A program made the position numbers and the translations under genes. From NCBI RefSeq assembly GCF_009914755.1, contig NC_060945.1: a stretch of DNA of 64,000 nucleotides; one strand, written 5' to 3'. Positions 30,867 through 43,554 of the stretch are shown here, piece by piece. The notes beneath the pieces were generated by a model. That model saw only the letters and a program-made list of their open reading frames with translations. It was not told the DNA's origin and searched no databases. The DNA comes from the human T2T-CHM13v2.0 reference genome, Homo sapiens. Numbering within the stretch: position 1 is the stretch's first letter; every line of letters begins with the position of its first letter.

Positions 30867-30882
30867 TGACCCATGACCTTGA
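30867..30882 (-). promoter_or_regulatory. Candidate nuclear-receptor element: TCAAGGTCA-T-GGGTCA (ERR/SF-1 extended half-site within a DR1)
   Basis: Plus strand tgacccatgaccttga in an apparently repeat-free segment; motif match only. Confidence 0.3.
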
Positions 30883-31649
30883 AATCTGCATAAAATAGAT
30901 TATTCTTGAAAGGATCTCATGCCATAAAAGATCCACACCTCTCATCCACTGCCCCACCCCCACTGCCTTTTGTTTTAAACAGAACTTCTTTTAGGAAAGT
31001 AGACAATTAGTGCAAAATCTATCAGAAGGCGTCTCAACCTGTCCTGCAGTCTCCAGCCAGGAACTCCCTGGAAGGAGGCCATGTAACTCATTATTTGTTA
31101 GGCCATGGCCTATTTTTTCCAGGCTGTTGTATAAGGCAAATCCATTGCCTCATTTCTCATAGCCTCTCTACAAAAGAAAAAAGCAGACAGATCTTCCCAA
31201 ACTCAGACAGAATATTGTGCACAGCCAAGTGGGCTGAAAAAACATGCTGCCAAATTGGCTAGCATAGCTCCATGTATTGCTCTCTTTCCAGAGTTTCAGC
31301 AACAACAACAGAGATGCTGACCCCAAATAAATGCAAGAGAAGACTCATATGCTTCTATTTGGACAGAACCAGGACTCTAAAAAGCATGCAAGAGATATTT
31401 CCACCAAGCCTCGGTGCTCCTCAGAAGTATCACAGGGAAGTCTGGTAACTAACATTTAAAAAATAAATAAATCTGAGCCAGAAAAAGTTCGTGTAAGATA
31501 GATAAATACTAAAATGGGCCAAACCATCACCACATATGGGACAAGTCAATTACACACACAGATGGGTCCTAGGTCAAGTCCTGCTGTTAAAGCATTATCA
31601 ACATTCCCTACAAGCATGTTATAATCTTCGTAATCCTAATAAATAATTA

Positions 31650-31850
31650 ATAATAGCTATCATTTATTGAGTGTTTGCTAAGTTTCCGGCTCTGTGATAA
31701 GGACTTTACATGACCTAATTCTGACCACAACTCTGATATCATTCCAACTTACAGATGAGAATATGGAAGTTCAGAGGAGTTCAGACACTTGTTCCAGCTG
31801 ATCTCAGAACAGGCTGATTCTAATGTCTTTTGCTACTACCTTGCTTCCAA
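31650..31850 (-). mobile_element. MIR
   Basis: taatagctatcatttattgagtgtttgcta...acagatgagaatatggaagttcagagg. Confidence 0.8.
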
Positions 31851-32699
31851 CATCATTCAGTTGCCTTTAAAATAAACAACTTCTGGCTTTTCACTCGCGT
31901 TGTTTTCACCAGCACTTACCACGTGTAGAGCAATGAACATCTATGACAAATAATATTGATATCACTTTTGCCCTTAGAGAATTAAAAAAAAAAATCTCTG
32001 AGATTATTGACAGTAAGGAAAGAATAGAAACAGAATGTCTACAGGTCAGATATTTCTCTCGTCCTAGTGGTACTCCTTTCCTATCCCAGCAGTTGATTCT
32101 CTCTCTCTCTCTCTCTCACTCCCCTTTCTCTCTCTCATTTGTTTGATCACAGCAGTCCTTATGGCCATGCAACACAATGTGAAGGCCGACTCCCATCTGC
32201 CCTCTTTTCTCATAGACCAATAGAGAGGCATTCAGATTGTAAGGACCACATTCCCAGAAGCTGCAGGGCCTCTGGTGGTGGTCAGGAGATTGGAAACTCT
32301 ATGGCCTCAAAACACTTCATCAAGCCATTCAGCCAGTGGCATTTCACATAATGCTACATGATTAAAGACCATGAAGGTTAAACATTCTAACCAGACACAT
32401 ATGTCTAGCAAGGGTCTTTTGAAAACCCCCATTCTGAGGAACCATCTGGACATTCCAGGTGATCTCCATGCCTACTGATGGGAGTTTACTCCATCATACA
32501 TAATTGTTTGGGCAATCCAGCAGAGAGTGTATTTGATGGCCCCTTTTGTTTTAGCTTCTTTAAGAAGAGAGCCAAAGATTGACTTCACTTTCATCAAAAG
32601 AATATTAAGTTACACATAAAGAATGTCCTGGCTCTTAAAGGGTGTTAGAATTTAGAACTTGTTCCTGAGCAGTGTAAAGATTCAGATTCCAACTGAGAC

Positions 32700-32830
32700 T
32701 CTGAAGACTGAGAAAGAGAACTCAGAGAGTGGATGCTGAAATTACAGAGGAGTAAGTTTTAGCTGCACTCATGGAAGAATTTTCCAACAGCAAGTACAAT
32801 GCATGATTTGAATAGATTCTCTGGCTTTCA
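32700..32830 (+). mobile_element. L3/CR1 relic
   Basis: gaaattacagaggagtaagttttagctgcactcatggaagaattttccaaca resembles the L3 3' region. Confidence 0.5.
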
Positions 32831-33279
32831 GGAACCAAGATATTCATAAAATCAGAGAGCCAGATGAGATGTTAGTAGTTATCTCTCTAGCACACTCCTT
32901 TATCTGAAGAGGAAAAGGGTCCGAAGGCTGGCAACGTGAAGACTGGGCCCCAGACTCTCAGACTTCTGACACAGGATAGAGCATTTTCCTCAAAACGGGC
33001 TGGATATGTTAAAACAGTGACTTGATAAATAACCGTTTGGAAGGGTGCGGTTATGATTCAATGTTTAGATGGGAGAAAGGGGGTCAAGTGTTATTTTTAA
33101 TTCTAATAGCTTAAGATATTATGGCTAACTACTCAGGATAATTAGTATAAGCCTGCTAAGTGACAATATACTAGATAACCTGAAGATCCCTTCCTCATCC
33201 TGAATATATATGGAAAGAGGCATCATCTTTGATAAAGAAAAATCATTCAGGATACATTCGATAAAAAACATCATTTCAC

Positions 33280-33432
33280 ATGAGCAAACTTTTGGTAGTG
33301 ATGAATATGTTCAATATCTTGATTGTGCTGATGGTGTCAGAGAGAAATCCATAGGTCAAAACATCACATTATATGCTTTAAATACATACAGTGTTTAAAT
33401 GTCAGTTATCCCTCAATAGAGTAGTTAAAAAT
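33280..33432 (+). mobile_element. Old L1M (MD/ME-like) 3'UTR fragment
   Basis: aacttttggtagtgatgaatatgttcaatatcttgattgtgctgatgg. Confidence 0.7.
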
Positions 33433-36093
33433 GTTTTAAAAAATCACTTCCGTAGAATGCCACATATAAAACACAGTTTATATGCTTATATGTAGACGTG
33501 TGTGTTACTGCACAAAATTGTGAAATACAGAAGCAAAAAACAATGCCATCCAGATCATTTTATTAGATTATCTAAATAAACATTGTACTAATATCAGTAC
33601 TCTTTTCACCTCCCTTTTAGGAAGTAATTTTTTAACATATTTTTTGTCTTTTGCCCTGTGGTATAAGGTCTTCCAAAGGATATTTAATTTGATTGGAAAC
33701 TGACTGATTTATGAAACGCAAAATGGTCTTTTATAAAAAGTCTCTGGAACGTGAATGCTTTACAGCAGACCACAGCTCTCATTTATTTCATATTTGAAGT
33801 TTGGGACCTTCAGAATATATTTGACTCTGGAGATCCACACTATTTTGTGATGTACAATTTTGCTCAATCATAAAGACAAGGGTCACTTTGCAAAAAAGAG
33901 TCACTTAAGAGGATAAATGAGATTGTGTAATAAACACATTGCCATGATTCAGTTGAATTCATCCAAGAGTTTTTGAAATTCTATTCTTTGGCATTATCAG
34001 CTAATCAGTATTTCTCATTAAGCCTCTGAAGGACCACTTACAATTCAGTATTGCTTGATTTCATTTTATATGAACATTTATATGTCACATTGGCAGTCAT
34101 GAATTTGAGATTTCTTGAACAAATACAAACTTAGCCCTTGTGGAAATCCGAGGTCTGATATTAATTTTGTGATAATAAAAGAAGGAAGAATTTAGGATTA
34201 AAGAGCATAATCTTGTCAAGGTTTTTGGCACTTCATTCAAACATACATACCACATTTTTACTACCCTTTCCTTGAAAAGTTATGTGTATGACTCTGTATA
34301 CAGATTGTGAATGGATGACAAAATATTGCCAGTGATTCCAGTATTTACTAGAGTTAAACTCTCCCTGACATAGAATAATACTGAATAAACCTAACATGTG
34401 ATTTGTCAATTTCTACTTAAATTTCTTTCTCTTCATATGCTGTATCTACTTGATTTTGCCTACCTTTTTGTTTGCATAAACTGAATATAACACTCTCCAC
34501 AAATTAGTTATCATTGGATATTACATTCACTATATTTTTTAAAAATCTTGATTTTCCTAGCCCTGGTCAGATTTAACCATAATCGAAAGAGGATCTAACC
34601 TAACCCTGATAAGAAACACTGAATCAGACGGAGAGAGAAGGCCCAGAGTCATAGATTTGGATCCTGAAACACTGGATCTAAACTGTTTTGCACTCTACTC
34701 CTGATTTGGTTTTTTTGTTTGTTTGTTTCTTCGTTTGTTTTTTCCTAACCACTGTTGGTTGTCAATATCATCAACATCTCCATTTATAGTGTCCTTTGTC
34801 CTGCCAGTTCGGCCAAGGAGCCCATTCTCTTGATTCTTAGTTCCCTTCCCTGCCTCCATTTTACTACACAATGTCCAGAGAGGTGCGGGTTACCTCAAGT
34901 TTAAAACAAATAAAAGTCAGATCATACCCTCCTATGTCTTCCCTACTGAGAAGTAGGACCTAGACCAAGACTATTTGATATTTTAGGGTCCATTCAAAAC
35001 ACAGTCTAAAGCTCCAGGATTTCTGTAGCCACCGAAGAGGTTTACTCTGTGACAAATATAGAAGCTACGGCAGTTAATTCTACGGTTTTATGATTTTAAG
35101 GAGAAAATAGTCATCATTATTTAATTTCTATAAGGACATAATTTGTGTTAGCAACGTGTTTTAATGCATTTGATTGTGCTTGTTTCTTCTGTTATTGCTT
35201 TCTTCCTTTTGTTATGTATTAGCTTGAGGAGAGTAAGGATTAAATGATTTAGAGAGTTTCTTGTCATATGTTTAATATCAGATGGCATTATACCTGACTA
35301 GAGCTATACCCTGGTTGTTAGTTAACTAGTGATCCAAAGGATGTTGACAACAGACTTTTTCCCAATTGGCTTTTTGCTTTTAAAGTAAAAGAACAATTTA
35401 AAATAAAACAAATTAACTTTGTTCCAGTTTTTGATATTTCAAATAATAATTATATAGACGAGGACTCAGAATGGTTAATTTAATTGAAATGTCTAAGCCC
35501 AAGGCTACTAGACCTTAAAAAAGTGGATAGCTTATGCAGATACACAGATAATGGTTTAATAATATGCATTATCTCCTTCGAAGTTGGTACACTTGCATAA
35601 ACAATGGCTCAAAAGCTATCAGCCAAACCGAAAGTGTACTGGTGTAGAAAGTGCTGAATGCTTCCATTATGCATTATTTTAGCCGAGGTAATGAATATTG
35701 TATGATCCTTTAATGTTGAGGTAGTTTGTACTATTTTGGTGTCTGTTATTCTTAGAGGAACCTTAAGTAATGTAATGGAGCTAAGCTTAAATGCTATTTT
35801 GCTGTTTAGGTCATTATTGTTCCTTTTTTGTCTGCACTTTGGATTATATAAAATCCTGAAAAGGCAAGAAGACACTTTAAAGATGCGACAGAATCAATGC
35901 TAATTTTAAAGTAAATCTTTCCCAGGAGAAACACAAAGCATTTTCACTTATGATTTCTAAATAGAGTATAGGTGCCTGAAAAATGGCCAAATATTTAATT
36001 CCTGGAAAAGACATCATAAATAAACATCATTATAATCATGAATTAGATGAGGGAATTTAGGGGATTATAAGATTAGGTGACTGCCTAGAACTA

Positions 36094-36541
36094 AATATAT
36101 GTATATGTGTGTATATATTTATATGTATATGTGTATATATATGTATATGTGTATATATATACACCCATATATACATATACACTGTATATGTATATATATA
36201 CATATACATATGTATGTGTATATATGTATATATATACATATACAGTATATGTATACATATACAGTATATATGTGTATATATACATATACAGTGTATATAT
36301 GTATATATATACATATACACTGTATATATGTATATATATACATATACAGTGTATATGTATATATATACATATATACAGTATATATGTATATATATACATA
36401 TATACAGTGTATATGTATATATACACATATATACTGTATATGTATATATACACATATATACACATACATATATACATATATACGTATATATATACATATA
36501 TACGTATATATGTATATACGTATATATGTATATATATATAT
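36094..36541. repeat. Compound (TA)/(CA)/(TG) low-complexity tandem array with higher-order units
   Basis: Recurrent tatatatacatatac(a)c/ag-tgtatat(at)g units; source of six spurious Y/I/T/C/V ORFs. Confidence 0.95.
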
Positions 36542-36761
36542 GAAATATAAAAAGGGAAGGGAATTAGACATTGAGTACCCAATATGTACTAGGAAGTGAC
36601 GTAAATGTTTCATAAATGAGACTTCATTTCGACCCTCCTCCACGTGTTATGTTTTCCAAGCATTAAAACTTTACAGTATTCAAAGCTACTGTTATCACGT
36701 CAGTTCAACCAAAAGGACAGTTTCCCAGTCATACCTGAATATAGTCAGCTACCTTCCCTAT

Positions 36762-37199
36762 TGATATAGTTTGAATATTTGTCCCCTCTCAAATCTCATG
36801 TTGAAATACAGTTCCCAATGTTGGAGGTGGGGCCTGGTAGGAAGTGTTTGGGTTATGGGGACAGATCCCTCGTGGCTTGGTACCGTCCTTGCGATTATGA
36901 GTGAGCTATTTAAAAGTGTGAAGCAGGTGGCTCCTTCGCACAATGGATAGTGCAGTGGACTTCTAAAAGTGTTATGCGCCTCCTCGTCTCCTTGTTCCTG
37001 TGCCCACCGTGTGATGTCCCTGCTTCCGCTTTGCCTTCCGCCATCATTGTAAGCTTTCTGAAGCCCTCAACCAGAAGCAAATGCCAGCATCATACTTCTT
37101 ATACAGCCTGCAGAACCGTAAGCCAATGAAACCTCTTTCCTTTATAAGTTACCCAGTCTCAGGTGATTCTGTATAGCAATGCAAGAACAGCCCAATACA
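36762..37199 (+). mobile_element. MSTA/MSTB MaLR solo LTR
   Basis: tgatatagtttgaatatttgtcccctctcaaatctcatgttg ... cagcccaataca; 5-bp TSD cctat/cctac. Confidence 0.9.
36929..36965 (+). pseudogene. Tailless retrocopy of the 5' half (nt 1-37) of tRNA-Arg(TCT)
   Basis: ggctccttcgcacaatggatagtgcagtggacttcta versus GGCTCCGTGGCGCAATGGATAGCGCATTGGACTTCTA (32/37); flanking repeat aaaagtgt at 36912-36919 and 36965-36972. Confidence 0.85.
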
Positions 37200-37794
37200 C
37201 CTACTAATCAGACAAAAGCACTCAACTAGCAATTATTTGTACTTGTTTCTGTGACTCTCTAGGGAGCCTAAAGTCCTCTGAGGCTTACTAAGCTTGGAAA
37301 TGAGTCCACTGACATATGTTCCAGATATTCAGAAGTCTCCTTCTTTCTCTCTCCATCTCCAATCCACAGTGGTTCTTTCCCCCACTGTCTTATTTTGTCA
37401 CTGCCACATCTATCAATAGCTGTGCACACAATATTCACTTCGGTTAATTATTTCCTTCATTAATTGGTTCCTTTTATTATCGAATTGTAATAACAATGTT
37501 TATTCAGGAGTTTCATCTTTGAAGATAGTGGATTAGAGTCTATACAGTCACCTTCTTCCTAACACAGCTAATTGGTCTTGCTACACATGATTAAACTCTT
37601 TCTCCACATGATTGTTTTATGTAGTGATCATTCTTTCCTAATCTGATTTTCTACATTTTCTAGAACTGGTTTGCTTATTCACTTTTACCAAGTGAATAAA
37701 GAAGAAGCAGATGAATTGATATCTACATTTTAAATTCCTTATTTACACAGAAGCAGATGAATTTATATCTACATTTTATAGACAGCTATAAATA

Positions 37795-38075
37795 TTTGGG
37801 GTTTTTTTTGTTTTTGTTTTTGTTTTTGTTTTTTTGAGACGGAGTCTCGCTCACTCACCCAGGCTGGAGTGCAGTGGCACCAACTTGGCTCACTGCAAGC
37901 TCCGCCTGCCGGGTTCACGCCATTCTCCTACCTCACCTTCTGAGTAGCTGGGACTACAGGAGCCCGCCACCACGCCCGGCCAATTTTTGTATTTTTAATA
38001 GAGACGGGGTTTCACCGTGTTAGCCAGGATGGTCTCGATCTCCTGATCTCGTGATCCGCCCGCCTCAGCCTCCCA
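37795..38075 (-). mobile_element. AluY, 5'-truncated by ~38 nt
   Basis: Ends at cctcccaa; perfect TSD agacagctataaata at 37780-37794 and 38076-38090. Confidence 0.93.
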
Positions 38076-39909
38076 AGACAGCTATAAATACAATCTTATA
38101 AAAGAATACCTTTATAGTTCAACAGTCCTACTAATTTTGAAATTAATAAAATGAATACACATTTCATTTTGTTAATGTTTTCTTTGTATTACAACTACAT
38201 TTCATATGCTTTATGTTAAGCCAATTACTATTTGGTTCTAACTATTGAGTCAAAACTTTGAAAAAATTATTCATTTTCTTTTGGCTGAAATCAAACTTTT
38301 GGTACCCAACTTGTCACCATTAGATCTCTACTATGTTTAGAAATTTACTTTAGACTCATTTCTTTTTCTGATCTCTAAAAAATGTCTCTATTGCTTTCAG
38401 GGGACTGTTATACAATGGCCCAATATCTTGGGGCTAAATTGACAGGAAGATAAATCTAGAAGCAATGTTCATTTGGTGACAGTTTTTAAAGTAATGAACT
38501 GTACTTTCTCTAGTCACTTGCTTTCTTTTTCTTAATGAGATTTTAAAATTCATTCTCATGTTCTTTTTGATCTCAGTGATTTTCTCTTTCCACCCCCCCA
38601 TGCTGCATATTGTCACTCTAAGCCATGTGTTTTAATGACAGTTTTCCCTAAAGATCTAGAAATTTTTTATTTTTTTATTGTAAGATTATATTTTATTTAA
38701 CTAAATCATAAAGGAACTTGTATGGTTCATTAGTCATCCTCCTCCCCTTTCCCTGTTTCTTATCCCACTCTGGCTTTGGGGAAAAGTAATATGCTAATAA
38801 GGATTATAATTACATAAGAATGCATACGTAGAGTATGCTACTGTTGAGTAATGCCTACATATTATTTCTTTTAGGCTGGTGGCTAAAGCCACATAGAGTG
38901 ATTCCTAGGTTTAAACGTCCAGATATATCTACTAGTTAGTTATTTTAGTAGTGACTAGCTCCCTGAAAAAAATACTTCCAGCCACTTCCCATTGCAAAGT
39001 AGCAGACTGAATACAAATAAACTTATTTCTGTAAATCAGATTCTCTATTTCTTTCATATTTTGCTTTTCCTGTTATTGTTATTATTATTTTATCATAGGC
39101 ATCTCCAGTGTTGAATTTTACTTCTTCAGAGGAGCTTCTATGTATGCACACAGATATTTAATACCTGTTTTGAATAATCTTATCAAGCTAAAGTGCAATA
39201 AATTTAGTCCTAAGAATAATCAGAAAGAAACATGTCAGACAATTGGATAGCATCCACCTTGAGATCATATAGCAGAATGTTTTATACACTCTATAAAAAG
39301 TTTACAACATTGCTTGCAATTTTAAATACCAATATACAAAAGATCCAAGCACATGAGCTATAACTTATTCAAATTTTAACACCATGGTTACATTGCACTT
39401 TGCTATTCCTTCATATCATTCCAAACAATCTTCACACATTTAACAAGGTCTTGAATTTTTTTGATTCAACTAAAGCAAATCCAGGAAATTTAGAAAGTTA
39501 CAGTTAGTTTGGTTTGATTACAAACATCTGCCATGGCATGAATTAGATACAGCTTACCTATGCCTTCACGTTAGCACCCCATGGTAGCTGCATTGCCCCA
39601 TTAACAATCAGATGAAACTCAATCATCTTGAAATATTTTTAAAGTTTTGGTTTTATATTTTAGTATGAGTAAGCCAACTGCATATTTTTTATATAACTTG
39701 ACACTTTAAGCTTAGCAAAAGTTCTGTTTGGGGAAATGTTGCCATGTAAGGAAACTCCCGTTTTTACTTTACCTATTAAATTTTTATTAAGGTGTTGTCA
39801 GTTCCAGTTCAGTTAAATAACTTTATTTTTAATAAAAGCTTACATTATTGAAATTCAGAGTTAGTCATGTAAAATATATTGCTCTGTATTAGTTTTACTC
39901 CAGTCATAA

Positions 39910-40065
39910 AATATTCACAGTCACCCTGAGAAATGTGTTCTTTGATCCCCTAGAGAGAGATAAAGAAAGTGAGGCTTAGAGAAGTTCAGTAACGAGCCAG
40001 GCAACAACAACTGCCATGGGGCATACTAGGATTTGATTCTAGGCCATTCTGACTCCAAAGACATA
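39910..40065 (-). mobile_element. MIR
   Basis: agataaagaaagtgaggcttagagaagtt...ggatttgattctaggccattctgactccaaag. Confidence 0.75.
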
Positions 40066-42241
40066 CGTCCAGGTTAAATGCAATTAATATCTCTGTTCTC
40101 GTCTACTTTTTCACCTCTGAGTGAATTAGTCACCATATGAAAACTTCTCCAATGTACTGTCATCTGTAGAGATTTCTCTGTTGTAAAATGTATTGAGGGG
40201 ATGGATTCTTCTAGTTTCTTTTGCTGCTCCCATAACTTCAAAGCCTAGGTATGCTTTGCTACTTAATCAAAATGCCTAGTGATGCCACTAATACTAAATT
40301 TCCCTAGTATATATAGAATAAGTTAAATGCTATCTAACCACTATGTCAATTTCAATAGGACAATTCCAGGCCTATCTACTGTTACTCTCTACTCTTTTTT
40401 TTTTTTTTTTTTTAAGCGAAGACAGCTAAAGTTGAATTAAATAAAGGGCACTGTTTTCTTTTCTCCTAGTTCATGAATGTGTCCTTGATTTGTAAAAGGA
40501 GGTAAAATATCACCAGAAACCTAAAAGAAGAAAGTCAGCTGCCTGCCTATTGAAGATGGATATAGCTGACTCATTTGGAAGCTTACTAGGAGGATTTTTT
40601 TAAAAAACAATTCTATAAATTAGATTGGTGACAATCTTGGCTGCAGGTGTTATCTTGGTACTTTCCAGATGCTTTTGTTAGAAGGCAAGCAGGGATTTAC
40701 AGTGACGGAGTGCCCTATATCTGTCTTTCATGGGGGACATTTGGAGAAAAAACCTGTTAGCACTTGTTGGTTAGGAGTCACCACAGAGCTTTCAGCTGTG
40801 GTTTCTAACTAAGGATACATCAGCAAGATGCCAGCTATTTGGTTCCTGGAAAATGTTTCAATGTTTTCATTCTGCCATTGACATATAGATTTGAAATTTA
40901 TTATTTGTGAGCCATAGGAAAGAATTGCATTTTCTAACTGCCCAGATATAATTAAAACCCAAACCTTATCCAGAAAAAGTAACTGAGACTTTCTTAGCCA
41001 ATGAATTATTTCAACAGTTGGCCATTGAGGGAACAGGACAATGTTTAACCCATAATCATGCTTTGAAATTTGCCAACTGCCCTGTCCCTTTGATCACTCT
41101 AAAAAGAAATATGTTCTTGTCTTTTTGAAAGAGAACCAGATACAATGTGCTTTGGCTGCAGTCCCTGTGCTTGGTCACCAGATTTATAAATGAAGTTGTT
41201 TAAAACGCAAATAAATAAAGGAAAGGGGAAAAAGATGTTGGAAATTTAGAAAAGAGTACCTGAAAAAGAAAAAAAAAAGTTTCTTATGAATAAGTACTAT
41301 AAGAAAAAGACTCACGATATACTATATTTGTGACTCAAAGAAGTTATTTCACAGAAATATTACATGTGATGTTCTTTTGTGCCAACAAGAAAGAAATTGA
41401 CCACAGTTGTTCAAGGAAACACTTTATTTTTTTTTTTGGTTCAAAAAATTAAACTAATAAGAGATAATTGGAAGGAAATTTTGACATTTGCTCATATTTC
41501 CAGAGATACTAAACTGAAAATGCTGTTTGGAAGAGCATCAGAGGATGCTTAAGAGCAACAGAGTGTTTTCTCAGTGGAATACAATACACAGACATAGACA
41601 TTGTGAAGAATCTCTTTGATTTGAAATCTCACTTTCTGGATGAAATGTCCTAAAAAATCTCTAGTTTAACCCCTTGGTACTAGCTCTTCATGGAAAAAAT
41701 ATTTAAAACATTTGAAAGCATTATTTTAGAATAATTTATTTTTTCCTCACACATTTAAAAAGCTTACAAGGTGAAATTAGTTAAACTTTAAAAGTGGGAA
41801 CAACATTGAAGCATATATAAGGGCTTAAAGTAGCATGAAGCAGCCTGGAAGCTAACCATTAAACATTTAATGTCTCTGTAGCTTTCATTTATTTTCTTCC
41901 ATTTTTCTCTGACCCTTGTCTGGATGCGTTTCTGTGCCGTTCTTCCAATGCATATTTAAAATATAGCTCTATTGACCTTGGAAGCTGAGAGGAAAATCTA
42001 TAGTATTACTGGCAAAAGATGTGATTAACTAAACTAGTTATCAATGCACTCCCCCCACACTAAGGATTTGGGAGAGATTGTTCCAGATGTAAAAAAAATG
42101 GCAGGGCTAAATGATTACATTCTTGGGTTATATCAGTGGGTTCCATTAAACATGTTTAGTTTGAGCGTAGGGGAATGATAACCTACTGTTACTAAAGAAC
42201 AGTCAGAAGTTTCAAGGCAGTTCTAAGAAAAGCATATTTTC

Positions 42242-42785
42242 TGTTAGGTAGCTATTTCTTGGTAGCTATTGCTACTTAACAAATGACCCCAAAACTTTGC
42301 ATCTTAAAACAACAAGCATGTATAATACCTCACAGTCTGGAAGTCAAGAATATAGTGACTCAGTTGGGCAATTCTTCTGATACCTATGGTGTTGACTAAG
42401 ACCACCAGGTGCTATTCACCTGGCATATGGGCTTGTTTGGAGGGCCCAAGACAGCTTCACTCGCATATCTGATGTCTTGATTGGGATGACTGCAGCACTG
42501 GGTATTGCTGGGACTCTTAACTAGAGCACCTATCTGTGGCCTCTCCATAATTGTGCTTTCAGCATACTCAGATTTCTTGCATGGTAACTTAGAGTTTGCA
42601 AAGAGAATCTTCTAAGAAACAAAGCTGGAAGCTTCTGGTTTCTTAAGTCCTGAGCCCCCAAATTGGCACACTATCATTTCTACCATATTCAGTTTTCCAA
42701 AGCGTATTCAAGAAGAGAGGACACTGCTTCCACTTCTTAACTGGAGGCATTTCAAAAAATTTGTAGTTGTCTTTACTTTGTCATG
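42242..42785 (-). mobile_element. MLT1H-like MaLR solo LTR
   Basis: gctattgctacttaacaaatgaccccaaaact...tggagggcccaagacagcttcactcgcat. Confidence 0.75.
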
Positions 42786-42904
42786 CTTGTGATTACTAAA
42801 ATGAAGTGAAAATATCTATATATTCTTAGCTATCTGGTATAGAGACATAAGTTATGAGATCTGTTATTGAACAGATATACTTTTTTAAACACATTACTAT
42901 TTCC

Positions 42905-43270
42905 ATAATAACCAAGTACAATGAGTGGACTTTATTTGGATCCTGAGTTGAATAAACCAACTGTAAAAATAAATTTAGATAAGAGAGGAAATCTGAATAT
43001 GGAGTAGGTATTGTATATTGCCTGGATGTTCAATTTTCTTAAGTGAGATAATGTCAATGTGGTTGTGTAAGAAAATATTCCTATTGATATTTCAAAGAAA
43101 TATACTGAAATATTTAGAAATTAAATGACTATTTTGGGAATTTGTTTTAAAAAACTTCACCAGGGAAAGTGGGTAGATAGACAAAATGAGTATGCCATAG
43201 CATTGATTATTGATGTCAATGATGGGTGTATAGGGTTTATTGTACTCTCTACCCTTGATTGTGTTTATAC
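42905..43270 (+). mobile_element. L1MC4-like 3' relic
   Basis: ggactttatttggatcctgagttgaataaaccaactgtaaaa...ttttccaataaa. Confidence 0.7.
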
Positions 43271-43554
43271 ATTTTCCAATAAAGAATAACGAAATGTTCT
43301 GTTGTTTTATTAGTGTATATGTTTTATAATTTCTACTGATTCAGAATCAGTTGCTTATTGGGGAGATATTTTAAAAGTCATAGCACATTTCTGAATATAA
43401 AGTTATTGTTGAGTCATTTTTAAATTATTATGCATAGGTTGTCTCAGGGTATAATTCCAATTCTACCTACTAACGGATACCCCTGAATCCGTTCTTAGCA
43501 GCATATTTGTATTAGCTTTCATCAATAACATAGCGTAATTTTCTTCATAGGTAT

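Noticed and set aside
36057-36643. Six overlapping 144-174 aa ORFs; possible CRISPR-like array
   Set aside because: Stop-free frames arise from the TA/CA/TG composition; there is no repeat-unique-spacer structure and the DNA is primate.
43470-43498. Small hairpin aacggat/atccgtt
   Set aside because: 7-bp stems are expected by chance in 64 kb.
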